A stretch of DNA of 58,854 bases. It comes from Beijerinckiaceae bacterium. GTDB lineage: Bacteria > Pseudomonadota > Alphaproteobacteria > Rhizobiales > Beijerinckiaceae. The notes under the pieces were generated by a model. It ran no database searches and was not told where the DNA came from. It was given only the letters and a program-made list of their open reading frames with translations. The stretch lies in assembly GCA_036386395.1 (NCBI GenBank), contig DASVVU010000350.1:1-58854 (forward strand), read 5' to 3'. The position numbers were made by a program, and so were the translations under genes. Of this stretch, positions 37,175 through 46,885 are shown one piece after another; the first letter of the stretch is position 1, and each line of letters begins with the position of its first letter.

Positions 37175-38259
37175 TGGCCCTCACCATCCGGGGCGTGCGC
37201 ACCACGGCGGTCGAGGTGCCGATGACCTTCGCGCTCGGCACCAGCGCCGCGACGATCCGGGCTGCGCCGCTCCTCCTCGTCGATCTCGACACCGAGGAGG
37301 AGGTGACGGGCCGCGCCTACCTCTTCGCCTATCGCCGCAGCGGCGCCCGCGCCATGGCGGAGGTGCTGCGGGACGCAGTCGAGATGGTGAAGGGCGAGAA
37401 GGTCGCGCCGGTGCCCCTCGGCCTGATGCTGGCCCGGCGCTTCGCGCTCCTCGGCGTCACGGGCGTCGTCCGCATGGCGCTCTCGGCGCTCGATTCGGCG
37501 CTATGGGACGCCCTCGCGGTCGCGGCCGGGCAGCCGCTCGCATCCCTCCTCGGCGCCGCGCCGAAAAGGATTCCGGCCTACAACAGCAACGGCCTCGGCC
37601 TCAGGGGGGCGCAGGCCGTGGCCGACGAGGCCGAGAAGCTGATCGCGGGCGGCTTCAAGGCCGTGAAGCTCAGGCTCGGCTACGCGACGCTCGAAGAGGA
37701 CGTCGCCGTCACCCGCGCCGTGCGCAAGCGCCTGGGCGAAGAGATCGCCGTCATGGCCGACTACAACCAGGCCCTCACCGTCGCCGAGGCGCTCCGCCGC
37801 GGCCGGGCGCTCGAAGCCGAGGGCGTGACCTGGCTCGAGGAGCCGATCCGCCACGACGACTACGCCGGCTCCGCCGCCATTGCCCGCGGCCTCGATCTCC
37901 CGGTGCAGATCGGCGAGAACTTCGACGGGCCGAAGGCGATGGAAGAGGCGCTGTCGGCTGGCGCCTGCGACTACGTCATGCCGGACCTCGCCCGCATCGG
38001 CGGGGTCACCGGCTGGATGCAGGCGGCCGGCATCGCCGCGGCCCGCGGCGTCGAGATGTCCTCGCACCTCTTCCCCGAAGTAAGCGCCCACTGCCTCGCC
38101 GCGACCCCGACCGCGCACTTCCTCGAATACGTCGACTGGGCGAACGCGGTCCTCGAAGAGCCTCTCGCCATCGAGGACGGCTTCGCCGTCATCTCCGACC
38201 GCCCGGGTAGCGGGCTTTCCTGGGATGAGACGGCGGTCGCGCGGTATCGCCTCGATTAG
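37174..38259 (+). CDS. Mandelate racemase-like enolase-superfamily enzyme
   Basis: MADYNQ, WLEEP, IGEN, MPD, MSSHLF, ATPTAH. Confidence 0.85.
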   Translation: MALTIRGVRTTAVEVPMTFALGTSAATIRAAPLLLVDLDTEEEVTGRAYLFAYRRSGARAMAEVLRDAVEMVKGEKVAPVPLGLMLARRFALLGVTGVVRMALSALDSALWDALAVAAGQPLASLLGAAPKRIPAYNSNGLGLRGAQAVADEAEKLIAGGFKAVKLRLGYATLEEDVAVTRAVRKRLGEEIAVMADYNQALTVAEALRRGRALEAEGVTWLEEPIRHDDYAGSAAIARGLDLPVQIGENFDGPKAMEEALSAGACDYVMPDLARIGGVTGWMQAAGIAAARGVEMSSHLFPEVSAHCLAATPTAHFLEYVDWANAVLEEPLAIEDGFAVISDRPGSGLSWDETAVARYRLD

Positions 38260-38335
38260 CCTGGTCGGCCTCCGCGGTTGGATTTGCGCCGCGAGGGCTC
38301 ATATGACGGGGCTTCAAGCCGTCCGGAGTCCCCCG

Positions 38336-38593
38336 ATGATCGACGACCTGCCCGAGATCCGCGAGCAGCTGCAGAAGCACTGGCAGAAAGCGGGCGTCGA
38401 CCTCGTCGAGCGCGGCTTCCGGCCCGAGGCGGTGTTCGAGACGATGTTCACGGTCGGTCTTGCCGGCTTCGTCGAGGTCCACGGCAAGGATTCCGTCGCC
38501 GAGCGCCTGGTCCTGATGGCGCAGCGTCTCTCCGACCAGATCCGGGAGGAACGGCAGGCGACGGCCGAGGCCGCGCGCGCGACGAAGAATTAG
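38336..38593 (+). CDS. Hypothetical protein
   Basis: GGAG RBS, host-like codon usage, fills the gap before gcvPB. Confidence 0.6.
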   Translation: MIDDLPEIREQLQKHWQKAGVDLVERGFRPEAVFETMFTVGLAGFVEVHGKDSVAERLVLMAQRLSDQIREERQATAEAARATKN

Positions 38594-38596
38594 CGT

Positions 38597-40375
38597 TTAT
38601 TCCGCCGCCTCCGCGATCGGCTTCGGCGGGGTCCATTTGAGGATCGGCTGGCGGGCGGCGCGGGTTTCGTCGAGGCGGCGGCGGGGGGCGTGGTAGGGCG
38701 CGCCCGAGAAGCGCTCCGTGTTGCCGCGCTTCGCCGCAAAGGCGAGGTCGCGGAGCGCCGCGACGAAGAGGTCGAGGGAGGCCTTCGATTCCGATTCCGT
38801 CGGCTCGATCAGCATGGCGCCGTGGACGACGAGGGGGAAGTACATGGTCATCGGGTGGTAGCCCTCGTCGATCATCGCCTTGGCGAAGTCGAGGGTCGTG
38901 ACGCCGGTGTCCCTGAGCCATGCGTCGTCGAACAGCACCTCATGCATGCAGGGCTTGTTCCCGAAGGGCAGGGACATGAGGTCGGCGAGGCCCGCGCGCA
39001 CGTAGTTGGCGTTGAGCACTGCGTCCTCGGATGCCTGCCGCATGCCGTCCACGCCGTGCGAGAGCATGTAGGCGAGAGCGCGCACGTACATCCCCATCTG
39101 GCCGTGGAACGCCGTGATGCGGCCGAGGGGCTGCGCCCCGCCGGCGCCGGCGGCGTGCTCGACGAGGGTGTAATTCCCCTCCCTCTTGCGGGGAGGGGTA
39201 GGGGTGGGGGGCGCGCCGGATGAAACGCCGGCGGTGCCTTCTGCACGCCCCCCCTCGCTCGGCCTTCGGCCGAGTCGGTCCTCCCCCGCAAGGGGGGAGG
39301 GGATCACGAACGGCACCGGCGCAAACGGAGCGAGGCGCTCGGACAGCACCACCGGGCCGGCCCCCGGCCCGCCGCCGCCGTGGGGAGTGGAAAAGGTCTT
39401 GTGCAGGTTGATGTGCATGGCGTCGACGCCGAGGTCGCCGGGCCGGGCCTTGCCGACGATGGCGTTGAAGTTCGCGCCGTCGCAGTAGAAGTAGGCGCCT
39501 ACCTCGTGCAGGGCCTTCGCGATCTCGACGACCTGCGGCTCGAACAGGCCGCAGGTGTTCGGGTTCGTCAGCATGATGGCGGCGACGTCAGGGCCGAGGC
39601 GCTCGCGCACGTCCTCGACGTGGACCCAGCCGTCGTCCCGGGCCGGCACGGGCTTGACGGTGAAGCCGATCAGGGCGGCGGTCGCCGGGTTCGTGCCGTG
39701 GGCGGAGTCCGGCACGAGCACGACCTTGCGGGTCTGGCCCTCGCCTTTCGCGTCGATCGCGGCCTTGATCGCCATCATACCGAGAAGCTCGCCATGGGCG
39801 CCGGCCTTCGGCGAGAGCGCGACGGCCGGCATGCCGGTGAGCGTTGTGAGGTACCGGGCGAGCTCGCTCATCAGCTCGAGCGCCCCCTGCACGGTCGAGA
39901 CCGGCTGCAGCGGATGCACGTCGCCGATGCCCGGCAGGCGCGCCGCGCGCTCGTTGAGGCGCGCGTTGTGCTTCATGGTGCAGGAGCCGAGGGGAAAGAG
40001 GCCGGTGTCGATGCCGAAGTTCTTTTGGCTGAGGCGCACGTAGTGGCGCATGGCCTCGGGCTCGGTGAGGCCTGGGAGGCCGATCTCTCCGGTGCGCTCC
40101 AGGCCGCCGAGGCGGGGCTTGAAGTCGTCCGGCTCGTCGAGGTCGACGCCGGTGGCGTCGAGCCGCCCGATCTCGAAGATCAGCGGCTCCTCCTGCTGAA
40201 GCGCGCGGTTGCCGGTGAAGGTAGGGTGGTCTGTGCTGCGGGCGCCGGAGCGAGGGGCATCGCCCTGGAGCCGGGCGGCCTCGTCGCCCATTCCGGCGGC
40301 GGGATCGGCGACGCCGTGCTCCTGCGCGGCAGGCTGCGCCTGCGGGGTGGTGGGTCGGCCTTGGCGGTTCAGCAT
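38597..40375 (-). CDS. gcvPB: Glycine dehydrogenase (decarboxylating) subunit 2
   Basis: PLGSCTMKHN, AGAHGE, SAHGTNPA, PLP lysine NLHKTFSTPHGGGGPG. Confidence 0.95.
   Translation of the reverse strand: MLNRQGRPTTPQAQPAAQEHGVADPAAGMGDEAARLQGDAPRSGARSTDHPTFTGNRALQQEEPLIFEIGRLDATGVDLDEPDDFKPRLGGLERTGEIGLPGLTEPEAMRHYVRLSQKNFGIDTGLFPLGSCTMKHNARLNERAARLPGIGDVHPLQPVSTVQGALELMSELARYLTTLTGMPAVALSPKAGAHGELLGMMAIKAAIDAKGEGQTRKVVLVPDSAHGTNPATAALIGFTVKPVPARDDGWVHVEDVRERLGPDVAAIMLTNPNTCGLFEPQVVEIAKALHEVGAYFYCDGANFNAIVGKARPGDLGVDAMHINLHKTFSTPHGGGGPGAGPVVLSERLAPFAPVPFVIPSPLAGEDRLGRRPSEGGRAEGTAGVSSGAPPTPTPPRKREGNYTLVEHAAGAGGAQPLGRITAFHGQMGMYVRALAYMLSHGVDGMRQASEDAVLNANYVRAGLADLMSLPFGNKPCMHEVLFDDAWLRDTGVTTLDFAKAMIDEGYHPMTMYFPLVVHGAMLIEPTESESKASLDLFVAALRDLAFAAKRGNTERFSGAPYHAPRRRLDETRAARQPILKWTPPKPIAEAAE
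39175..39303. repeat. Family C palindromic repeat inserted in frame within gcvPB
   Basis: CCCCTCCC-n-GGGGAGGGG terminal hairpins and CTCGGCCTTCGGCCGAG hairpin; translated as PSPLAGED...PPTPTPPRKREG. Confidence 0.78.
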
Positions 40376-40404
40376 GTCTCGACCTCGACGAGGGGCGCGC
40401 GGAA

Positions 40405-40552
40405 TCCCTCTCCCGAATGGGAGAGGGGCAGGGGTGAGGGCCCGCCCTCTCCGCAGAAGGCGCGGTGGCGGGCCCGTACCGGCTCCGCCCCACACCGCCG
40501 TTCCCTCACCCGGTCGGCTTCGCCGACTCGACCTCTCCCATTCGGGAGAGGT
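40405..40552. repeat. Palindromic repeat, family C, full copy
   Basis: TCCCTCTCCC-n-GGGAGAGG...CCTCTCCC-n-GGGAGAGG; inverted homolog of 29571-29725. Confidence 0.82.
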
Positions 40553-40562
40553 TGGCGCGCGC

Positions 40563-41906
40563 TCATGCCAGCACCTCTTTCATGGCGGCGGCGAACGCCG
40601 CCCGGTCCTCGTCGGTGTTGACCTCCGTCGAGGCCACGACGAGGAGGTCGTCGAGGACCGCTCCCGGCAGGAGGCGCGAGACCGGCACGCCGCCGAGCAC
40701 CCCGCGCGTGGCGAGCGCCTCGACCACCGCCGCGGCGGGACGCGGCAGGCGAATCGTGAACTCGTTGAAGAAGGTCTCGTTGAGCACCGTCACGCCGGGC
40801 ACGCCGGCAAGCGCGTCGGCGAGCTTCACGGCGTTGGCGTGGTTCACCCGGGCGAGGCGCTTGAGGCCGGCTTCGCCGAGGAGTGTCATGTGGATCGTGA
40901 AGGCGAGGCAGCAGAGGCCGGAGTTGGTGCAGATGTTGGAGGTCGCCTTGTCGCGGCGGATGTGCTGCTCGCGGGTCGAGAGGGTGAGCACGAACCCGCG
41001 CCGGCCTTCCGCGTCGACGGTCTCGCCGCACAGGCGCCCGGGCATCTGGCGCACGTACTTCTGGCGCGTCGCGAAGAGGCCGACGTAGGGGCCGCCGAAG
41101 GAGAGCGCGACGCCGATCGACTGGCCCTCGCCGACGGCGATGTCGGCCCCCATCTCGCCCGGCGGGGTGACGAGGCCAAGCGAGACGGCCTCGGTGAACA
41201 CCGCGATCAGCAGCGCCCCGTGCCGGTGCGCCTTCTCCGCAACTGCGCGCAGATCGCGCAGGTTGCCGAAGAAGTCCGGCGTCTGCACGACGACGCAGGA
41301 CACCGTGTCGTCGATGGCCGCGAGAAGGTCCTCGGCGGTGGTCGCGTCCGGCGGCAGCGACATGACGTCGTCGCTCGCCATGCGGGACAGGGTGCGCACC
41401 ACCTCGGCGTACTGCGGGTGCAGGCCGCCGGAGAGCACGGCCTTGCGGCGCCGGGTGATCCGGTGCGCCATGAGCACCGCCTCGCCCGTGCCGGTCGAGC
41501 CGTCGTACATGGAGGCGTTCGCGACCTCCATTCCGGTCAGGTTCGCGACCTGGGTCTGGAACTCGAAGAGATACTGCAGCGTCCCTTGCGAGATCTCGGG
41601 CTGGTAGGGCGTGTAGCTCGTCAGGAACTCGGAGCGCTGGATCAGGTGGTCGACGGACGCCGGCACGTGGTGCTTGTAGGCGCCGGCGCCGACGAAGAAC
41701 GGCACCGAGGAGGCGGGCACGTTCCGGGCCGCCATCCGCCCGAGGATGCGCTCGACCTCGAGCTCGCCCTTGCGGCGCGGCAGGTCCGGCGGCTCCGCGA
41801 GGAGCGCGTCCGCCGGCACGTCGGCGAAGAGGTCGTCGATTCCTTTGACGCCGATGCGGGCCAGCATCTCGGCGCGGTCGTCGTCGGAGAGGGGGAGGTA
41901 GCGCAT
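40563..41906 (-). CDS. gcvPA: Glycine dehydrogenase (decarboxylating) subunit 1
   Basis: [42 protein letters not shown]. Confidence 0.95.
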   Translation of the reverse strand: MRYLPLSDDDRAEMLARIGVKGIDDLFADVPADALLAEPPDLPRRKGELEVERILGRMAARNVPASSVPFFVGAGAYKHHVPASVDHLIQRSEFLTSYTPYQPEISQGTLQYLFEFQTQVANLTGMEVANASMYDGSTGTGEAVLMAHRITRRRKAVLSGGLHPQYAEVVRTLSRMASDDVMSLPPDATTAEDLLAAIDDTVSCVVVQTPDFFGNLRDLRAVAEKAHRHGALLIAVFTEAVSLGLVTPPGEMGADIAVGEGQSIGVALSFGGPYVGLFATRQKYVRQMPGRLCGETVDAEGRRGFVLTLSTREQHIRRDKATSNICTNSGLCCLAFTIHMTLLGEAGLKRLARVNHANAVKLADALAGVPGVTVLNETFFNEFTIRLPRPAAAVVEALATRGVLGGVPVSRLLPGAVLDDLLVVASTEVNTDEDRAAFAAAMKEVLA

Positions 41907-41923
41907 GGCGGAAAAGAAATCCC

Positions 41924-42400
41924 TCAGGCGTGGGCCGGTTGGCCCGCCACGACGACCTCGGCCAGGACCGAGTTCGCGATGAAGCATTCCTCGTGCGAGC
42001 GGTGGTGCAGGTCCGCGACCGCTTCGGGCGAGGGCTGCTTGTCGCCCGAGAAGGCGATGCGGGGATCGAGCGTGATCTTCGAGACGTAGAGCTTGCCCCG
42101 CTCGTTCTTCTCCATGACGCCGACGGGGCGGTCCTCATAAAGATCGACCGTGAAGCCGGCGCGGGAGGCGAAGTCGAGGAAGAACAGCATGTGGCAGGAG
42201 GAGACCGCCGCCACCAGCGCCTCCTCGGGGTCGACCGCGTCCTCCCGCGACCAGGGCAGGCGCACGTTGAGCGGCGAGGCCGAGGCCGGCACTTCGAGGC
42301 CGCCGTCGAAGACCCAGACGTGCGCCCGCGAGTAGCGCCCGCCCGCAAAGGCCGCCTCGCCGCGCTCCCAGCGCACCGTCGCCCCGTATTCGTGGTTCAT
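41924..42400 (-). CDS. OsmC/Ohr-family protein
   Basis: [30 protein letters not shown] (two conserved Cys). Confidence 0.85.
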   Translation of the reverse strand: MNHEYGATVRWERGEAAFAGGRYSRAHVWVFDGGLEVPASASPLNVRLPWSREDAVDPEEALVAAVSSCHMLFFLDFASRAGFTVDLYEDRPVGVMEKNERGKLYVSKITLDPRIAFSGDKQPSPEAVADLHHRSHEECFIANSVLAEVVVAGQPAHA

Positions 42401-42434
42401 CGCACGCTCCTATTCATTGGGGCCGCCCTCCCAA

Positions 42435-42551
42435 CTCCTCATCCTGAGGTGCCCGCGAAGCGGGCCTCGAAGGACGCACCCTGCCAATGCAGCGCCTCAC
42501 GTGTGTGCGTGCTTCGAGGCTCGCCTGCGGCTCGCACCTCAGCATGAGGAG
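42435..42551. repeat. Palindromic repeat, family A
   Basis: Inverted homolog of 17316-17430. Confidence 0.85.
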
Positions 42552-42576
42552 GTTTGCAGCGCCCATAATCCGGTAC

Positions 42577-42951
42577 TCAGCTGATCGACGCGACATACTC
42601 GCGGTACTGCTCCTCGGTCATGAGGCCGTCGAGTTCGGAAGGGTCCTTGAGGCGGAGCTTGAAGAACCAGCCGCGGCCGGCGGGCTCCTCGTTGACGGTG
42701 CCGGGCGCGCCTTCGAGCTCGCCGTTGACCGCCGTGACCTCGCCGGAAACGGGAGCGTAGACCTCGCTTGCGGCCTTCACGCTCTCGACGACGGCCGCCT
42801 GCGCGCCTTTCTCGACGCTCGCGCCTTGCGAAGGCAGCTCGACGTAGACCACGTCGCCGAGCTGCTCCTGGGCGTAGTCGGTGATGCCGACGGTGCCGGT
42901 GTCGCCCTCGACCCGGACGTATTCGTGGTCCTTGGTGTAGCGCGTCGTCAT
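42577..42951 (-). CDS. gcvH: Glycine cleavage system H protein
   Basis: [19 protein letters not shown], lipoyl-lysine VESVKAASE. Confidence 0.96.
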   Translation of the reverse strand: MTTRYTKDHEYVRVEGDTGTVGITDYAQEQLGDVVYVELPSQGASVEKGAQAAVVESVKAASEVYAPVSGEVTAVNGELEGAPGTVNEEPAGRGWFFKLRLKDPSELDGLMTEEQYREYVASIS

Positions 42952-43298
42952 GGTCCCTCCCTCACCGGCTCGAGATCGCGCGGGGCCTCGGCGCGGTCGT
43001 TCGGCCCGTAGTCCCTGACCACCTGCGCGATCCGCAGGCGGTAATCCGCGAAGAGGCCGCCGCGGCCGATGGCCTGCATGCGGCGGTGCTCCAGGTGGTT
43101 GCGCCAGCGGGCGATCGCGGCGTCGTCGCGCCAGAACTGGAGCGACAGGAGCTTGCCTTCCGCGTAGAGGCTTTCGAAGCGCTCGACCGAGATGAAGCCG
43201 TCGATCGTCTCGACCTCGCTCCTGAGCGCGGCGGCGAGGCGCAGATAGTCCTCCCTGCGCCCCTCGGCCGGCCAGACCTCGAAGATGACGGCCATCAT
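42948..43298 (-). CDS. Antibiotic biosynthesis monooxygenase (ABM) family protein
   Basis: [31 protein letters not shown]; overlaps the gcvH start. Confidence 0.85.
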   Translation of the reverse strand: MMAVIFEVWPAEGRREDYLRLAAALRSEVETIDGFISVERFESLYAEGKLLSLQFWRDDAAIARWRNHLEHRRMQAIGRGGLFADYRLRIAQVVRDYGPNDRAEAPRDLEPVREGP

Positions 43299-43304
43299 GG
43301 CGGC

Positions 43305-44444
43305 TCACCCGCGCTTGTAGCGATGCGGCGCGAACGGCATGGCCGCGACCTTCGCCGGCAGCGGCTTGCCGCGCACGACGAGGTGAAGCTCCGTCCCGGG
43401 CTGCGCGGCCTCCCGCGCGACGTAGCCCATGGCGACAGGCCCGTTCACGGTCGGCCCGAAGCCGCCGGAGGTAACGGTTCCGACCTCGCGGCCGTCCGGC
43501 GTCGTGATAGGCGTGCCCTCGCGAGCCGGCGCGCGGCCTTCGGGGCGTAGCCCAACCCGCACGCGGGACGGCCCTTCTGCGATCTCGCGCTGGATGCGCA
43601 CGGCACCCGGGAAGCCGCCCTCTTCCCGCCGCCGCTTCTGGATCGACCACGTGAGGCCCGCCTCGACCGGTGAGGTCTTTTGGTCGATGTCGTGGCCGTA
43701 GAGGCAAAGCCCCGCCTCGAGCCGAAGCGAGTCGCGGGCTCCAAGGCCGACGGGCTTCACCTGCTCGTCCTCCAGGAGGAGTCGCCACAGCTCGGCGGCG
43801 CGGTCGGCCGGCAAAGAAATCTCGAACCCGTCCTCGCCGGTGTAGCCGGAGCGCGAGACGTGCGCCGGGATGCCGCCGACCATGGTCTGCGCCGCCTCCA
43901 TGAAGGCGAGCGAGGCCACGTCCGGCGCGAGGCGCGCCAGCACCGCCTCGGCCTGCGGGCCCTGGAGCGCGAGGAGCGCGCGGTCGTCGAAGCGGCGCAG
44001 CTCGACACCTGGGGGCAGATGCGCCGCCATGTGGGCGTAGTCGTCCTCCTTGGTCGAGGCGTTGACCACGAGGAGGAGCTCGCCGTCCTGGAGCGGGTTT
44101 CCCGGCCGCGCCACCATCAGGTCGTCGAGGATGCCGCCGTCGTCGGACAGGAGCTGGGTGTAGCGCTGCCGGCCGCTCTTGAGGTTCAGGACGTCGGCCG
44201 GCACGAGGGCTTCGAGGGCCTTGGCGGTCGTGGCGTGGTCGGGGCCGATCAGCGCCGCCTGGCCCATGTGCGATACATCGAAGAGACCGGCGTGCTCGCG
44301 GGTCCAGACGTGCTCCGAAAGAATGCCGGTCGGGTACTGCACCGGCATGGCGTAGCCCGCGAAGGGCACCATGCGGGCGCCGAGCGCCATGTGCTCGTCG
44401 TGGAGCGGCGTGTTGAGGAGGGATTCGCCGGCCGGTTCAGCCAT
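43305..44444 (-). CDS. gcvT: Glycine cleavage system aminomethyltransferase T
   Basis: [34 protein letters not shown]. Confidence 0.96.
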   Translation of the reverse strand: MAEPAGESLLNTPLHDEHMALGARMVPFAGYAMPVQYPTGILSEHVWTREHAGLFDVSHMGQAALIGPDHATTAKALEALVPADVLNLKSGRQRYTQLLSDDGGILDDLMVARPGNPLQDGELLLVVNASTKEDDYAHMAAHLPPGVELRRFDDRALLALQGPQAEAVLARLAPDVASLAFMEAAQTMVGGIPAHVSRSGYTGEDGFEISLPADRAAELWRLLLEDEQVKPVGLGARDSLRLEAGLCLYGHDIDQKTSPVEAGLTWSIQKRRREEGGFPGAVRIQREIAEGPSRVRVGLRPEGRAPAREGTPITTPDGREVGTVTSGGFGPTVNGPVAMGYVAREAAQPGTELHLVVRGKPLPAKVAAMPFAPHRYKRG

Positions 44445-44497
44445 GGGGGTCCTCGGAACGGAGTCACGCGCCCGGCCGGACTCTCGGCCCGTGAGCG

Positions 44498-44686
44498 CCC
44501 CCTCTGTCCTTGGACCTGAGAGATTTCCCCCGGCCTCGGGCCGGAGTTACCCCCGTCGGTGGGCGATGCCCGAAGACACCGCCGCTTTCCAGAGTGCCAG
44601 CTCCCCGCGGTCCTTTGGGCCTGAGCGTTTCCGGGGCGGTTGCGCCTTCGGCGCCGGCTTTCGCCGGACTCTCCCGCGGGGATCAG
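44498..44686 (-). promoter_or_regulatory. Tandem glycine riboswitch
   Basis: GGAGAG...CCGAAGG...CTCAGG aptamer I and CTCTGGAAAG...CACCGACG...CTCTCAGG...GACAGAG aptamer II upstream of gcvT. Confidence 0.93.
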
Positions 44687-44870
44687 CGGCGCGCCTTGTG
44701 TGGCCGAGGCCTTGGGCGATGTCAACGGCGCATGGGAGGGAGGTCTCACATCCAGCAAGCGTGCCAAGCGTTCTCGACCTTGTAAGATTCCTCTTGCATT
44801 TGTGTTGTAAAAACCTCCGAAGGCAGGGTTAGCTTCCAAGCATCCCGCGAAATTCATGAATTTAATGCGA

Positions 44871-44886
44871 TGTGACGTAGTTCACA
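44871..44886. promoter_or_regulatory. Putative CRP-family binding site
   Basis: Perfect TGTGA-N6-TCACA in an AT-rich promoter region. Confidence 0.55.
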
Positions 44887-45043
44887 TTTGGACGATCTTA
44901 AACGAATTAACCTCATGAGCCAGAGGCAGATCGCATTCGCGAGATGCCGGCCAGCAACAGAAAGCAGTTTTCCTCCGCAGCCGTAGCTCCGGGAAGAAAA
45001 GGGCAATCCGCGTCTACGGCAACGGCTTCATCTGGAGAGAGCG

Positions 45044-46168
45044 ATGCCAACCACAGGCCCCAACCTCGTCGTCAATGGCAGCTTCGAGGATCTGAACAGC
45101 ACCGGCGACAACCTTTCCGCGGCGCTCATTGGCATGAGCCATCCCTTCTTCGGCATGAATTGGACCACCAGCAACACCCTCTACGGGTGGCGCCGGACAA
45201 CTCCCTATCCGTTCGAGCTCGTCAAGACCAATAACATCTTCACCGGAGCGACCAGCCCGGTGATCCTGGATTTGGAGTTCAACGGCGGACAGAACAGCAT
45301 CATCTATCAAGACATCCCCGGCCTGACCGCGGGCGCCACCTACCATCTGATGTTCGACACGGCACAGTACAAGATTCCTAGCAGCGTTTATACGGCTTCG
45401 CTCCAAGTCTGGTGGAACGGGGTGAAGGTGGCGACCGTCAACCCGAGCGGTCCGCCACTCACCTTCGTCACGACTGCCATCGACGTCGTCGCCGCAGCCG
45501 CAGGCACCGGCGTGGGCGGCATGCAGCGTCTCGAATTCCGAGAGGCCGGCGCTGGCGCGGACGGGCTTGGCACCGCGCTCGACAATGTGCGCCTCTACGC
45601 CAACTGTCCCAACCTCGTCGTCAACGGCAGCTTCGAGGATCTGAACAGCGCCGGCGACAACCTATCCGCGGCGCTCATCGGCACGATGCATCCCTTCTTC
45701 GGCATGAATTGGAATACCAGCAACACTCTGTACGGTTGGCGCCGCGCGACCCCATACCCGTTCGAGCTCATCAAGCCCAACAATGTCTTCACCGGCGCGA
45801 CCAGTCCGGTGATCCTGGATCTGGAGTTCAACGGCGCACAGAATTGCATCATCTACCAGGACATCCCCGGCCTGACCGCGGGCGCCACCTACCACCTGAT
45901 GTTCGACACGGCGCAGTACAAAATCCCGAACCACGTCTATACGGCTTCGCTCCAAGTCTGGTGGAACGGGGTGAAGGTCGCGACCGTCAACCCAAGCGGC
46001 CCGCCGCTCACCTTCGTCACAACCGCCATCAATGTCGTCGCCGCCGCCGCAGGCACCGGCGTGGGCGGCGCGCAGCGTCTCGAATTCCGCGAGGCAGGCG
46101 CAGGCGCGGACGGGCTTGGCACCGCGCTCGATAATGTGCGCCTCTATCCTCCCAACTGCTCGATATAA
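45044..46168 (+). CDS. Protein of two tandem ~183-aa jelly-roll-like (DUF642/carbohydrate-binding-like) domains
   Basis: NLVVNGSFE...IYQDI...GATYHLMFD...LDNVRL repeated with a 549-nt period; GGAGAG RBS. Confidence 0.75.
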   Translation: MPTTGPNLVVNGSFEDLNSTGDNLSAALIGMSHPFFGMNWTTSNTLYGWRRTTPYPFELVKTNNIFTGATSPVILDLEFNGGQNSIIYQDIPGLTAGATYHLMFDTAQYKIPSSVYTASLQVWWNGVKVATVNPSGPPLTFVTTAIDVVAAAAGTGVGGMQRLEFREAGAGADGLGTALDNVRLYANCPNLVVNGSFEDLNSAGDNLSAALIGTMHPFFGMNWNTSNTLYGWRRATPYPFELIKPNNVFTGATSPVILDLEFNGAQNCIIYQDIPGLTAGATYHLMFDTAQYKIPNHVYTASLQVWWNGVKVATVNPSGPPLTFVTTAINVVAAAAGTGVGGAQRLEFREAGAGADGLGTALDNVRLYPPNCSI

Positions 46169-46249
46169 GAACAGGAGCGGCACACGGCTTGGCCTCCGAG
46201 CAGAAGTCTTGAATCACCCCTACCCAGCGCTCAAGAGCTTAGGTGGAAC

Positions 46250-46849
46250 CTAGCCCCGCTTGCGCCGGGCCGGGCGCTCGGGCTTCTCGCCCGCGCCGGC
46301 GCCGAGGCCGACGTCGATCTCGTACTCGCCGACGCCCGGCGGCACCACGAGGCCGTCCTGCACGGTGACGAAGCTCGCCTGCGTGTCGCCGGCCGGCACC
46401 GCGACGGAGACTCTTTGGGTCCGGCTCGCGAAGACGCGCTCGCCGCGCTTGACCACGAAGGTCACCGGCGCGTCGAAGCGGCCGGGCTGGCCCGCCGGCC
46501 CGAGGAGCGCCCGCCCCTCGACCCCGACCTTGATCAGGATCGAGCCGTCGGGCTGCTCGACGCACTCGCGGGCGAGCTGGCCGATGGCGATCTGGTGGCG
46601 GAGCGCCGAAGGCTCGCCGACCTTGCCTCCGGTGTAGGCCCGAAGCGCCGCGCCGCCCTCGATGACGCCGACGGTCGGGCAATAGGCGTCGCCCGCCCCC
46701 CGCGGCGCCTCCTTCGGCTCCGTCGTGCCGCCGAACTTGAACAGGTTCGAGAGGGTGTCGCCGATGCTCTGCGCCGCAGCCGGCGTCGCGCTCGCCAAGC
46801 AGAAGGCCGCAGCCAGAAGCCGGCTTGTCCCGATGCCCAAATGACTCAT
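46250..46849 (-). CDS. Exported hypothetical protein
   Basis: Signal peptide; CP...ARECV...GVEGRALLGPAG pattern. Confidence 0.7.
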   Translation of the reverse strand: MSHLGIGTSRLLAAAFCLASATPAAAQSIGDTLSNLFKFGGTTEPKEAPRGAGDAYCPTVGVIEGGAALRAYTGGKVGEPSALRHQIAIGQLARECVEQPDGSILIKVGVEGRALLGPAGQPGRFDAPVTFVVKRGERVFASRTQRVSVAVPAGDTQASFVTVQDGLVVPPGVGEYEIDVGLGAGAGEKPERPARRKRG

Positions 46850-46885
46850 GCAATCCCCCTAACGCGCCGCGCGGCTTGCCGCCGC

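Noticed and set aside
44898-44911. Possible CtrA site TTAA-ACGAA-TTAAC
   Set aside because: Spacer is 5 nt rather than 7; at most a half-site in AT-rich DNA.
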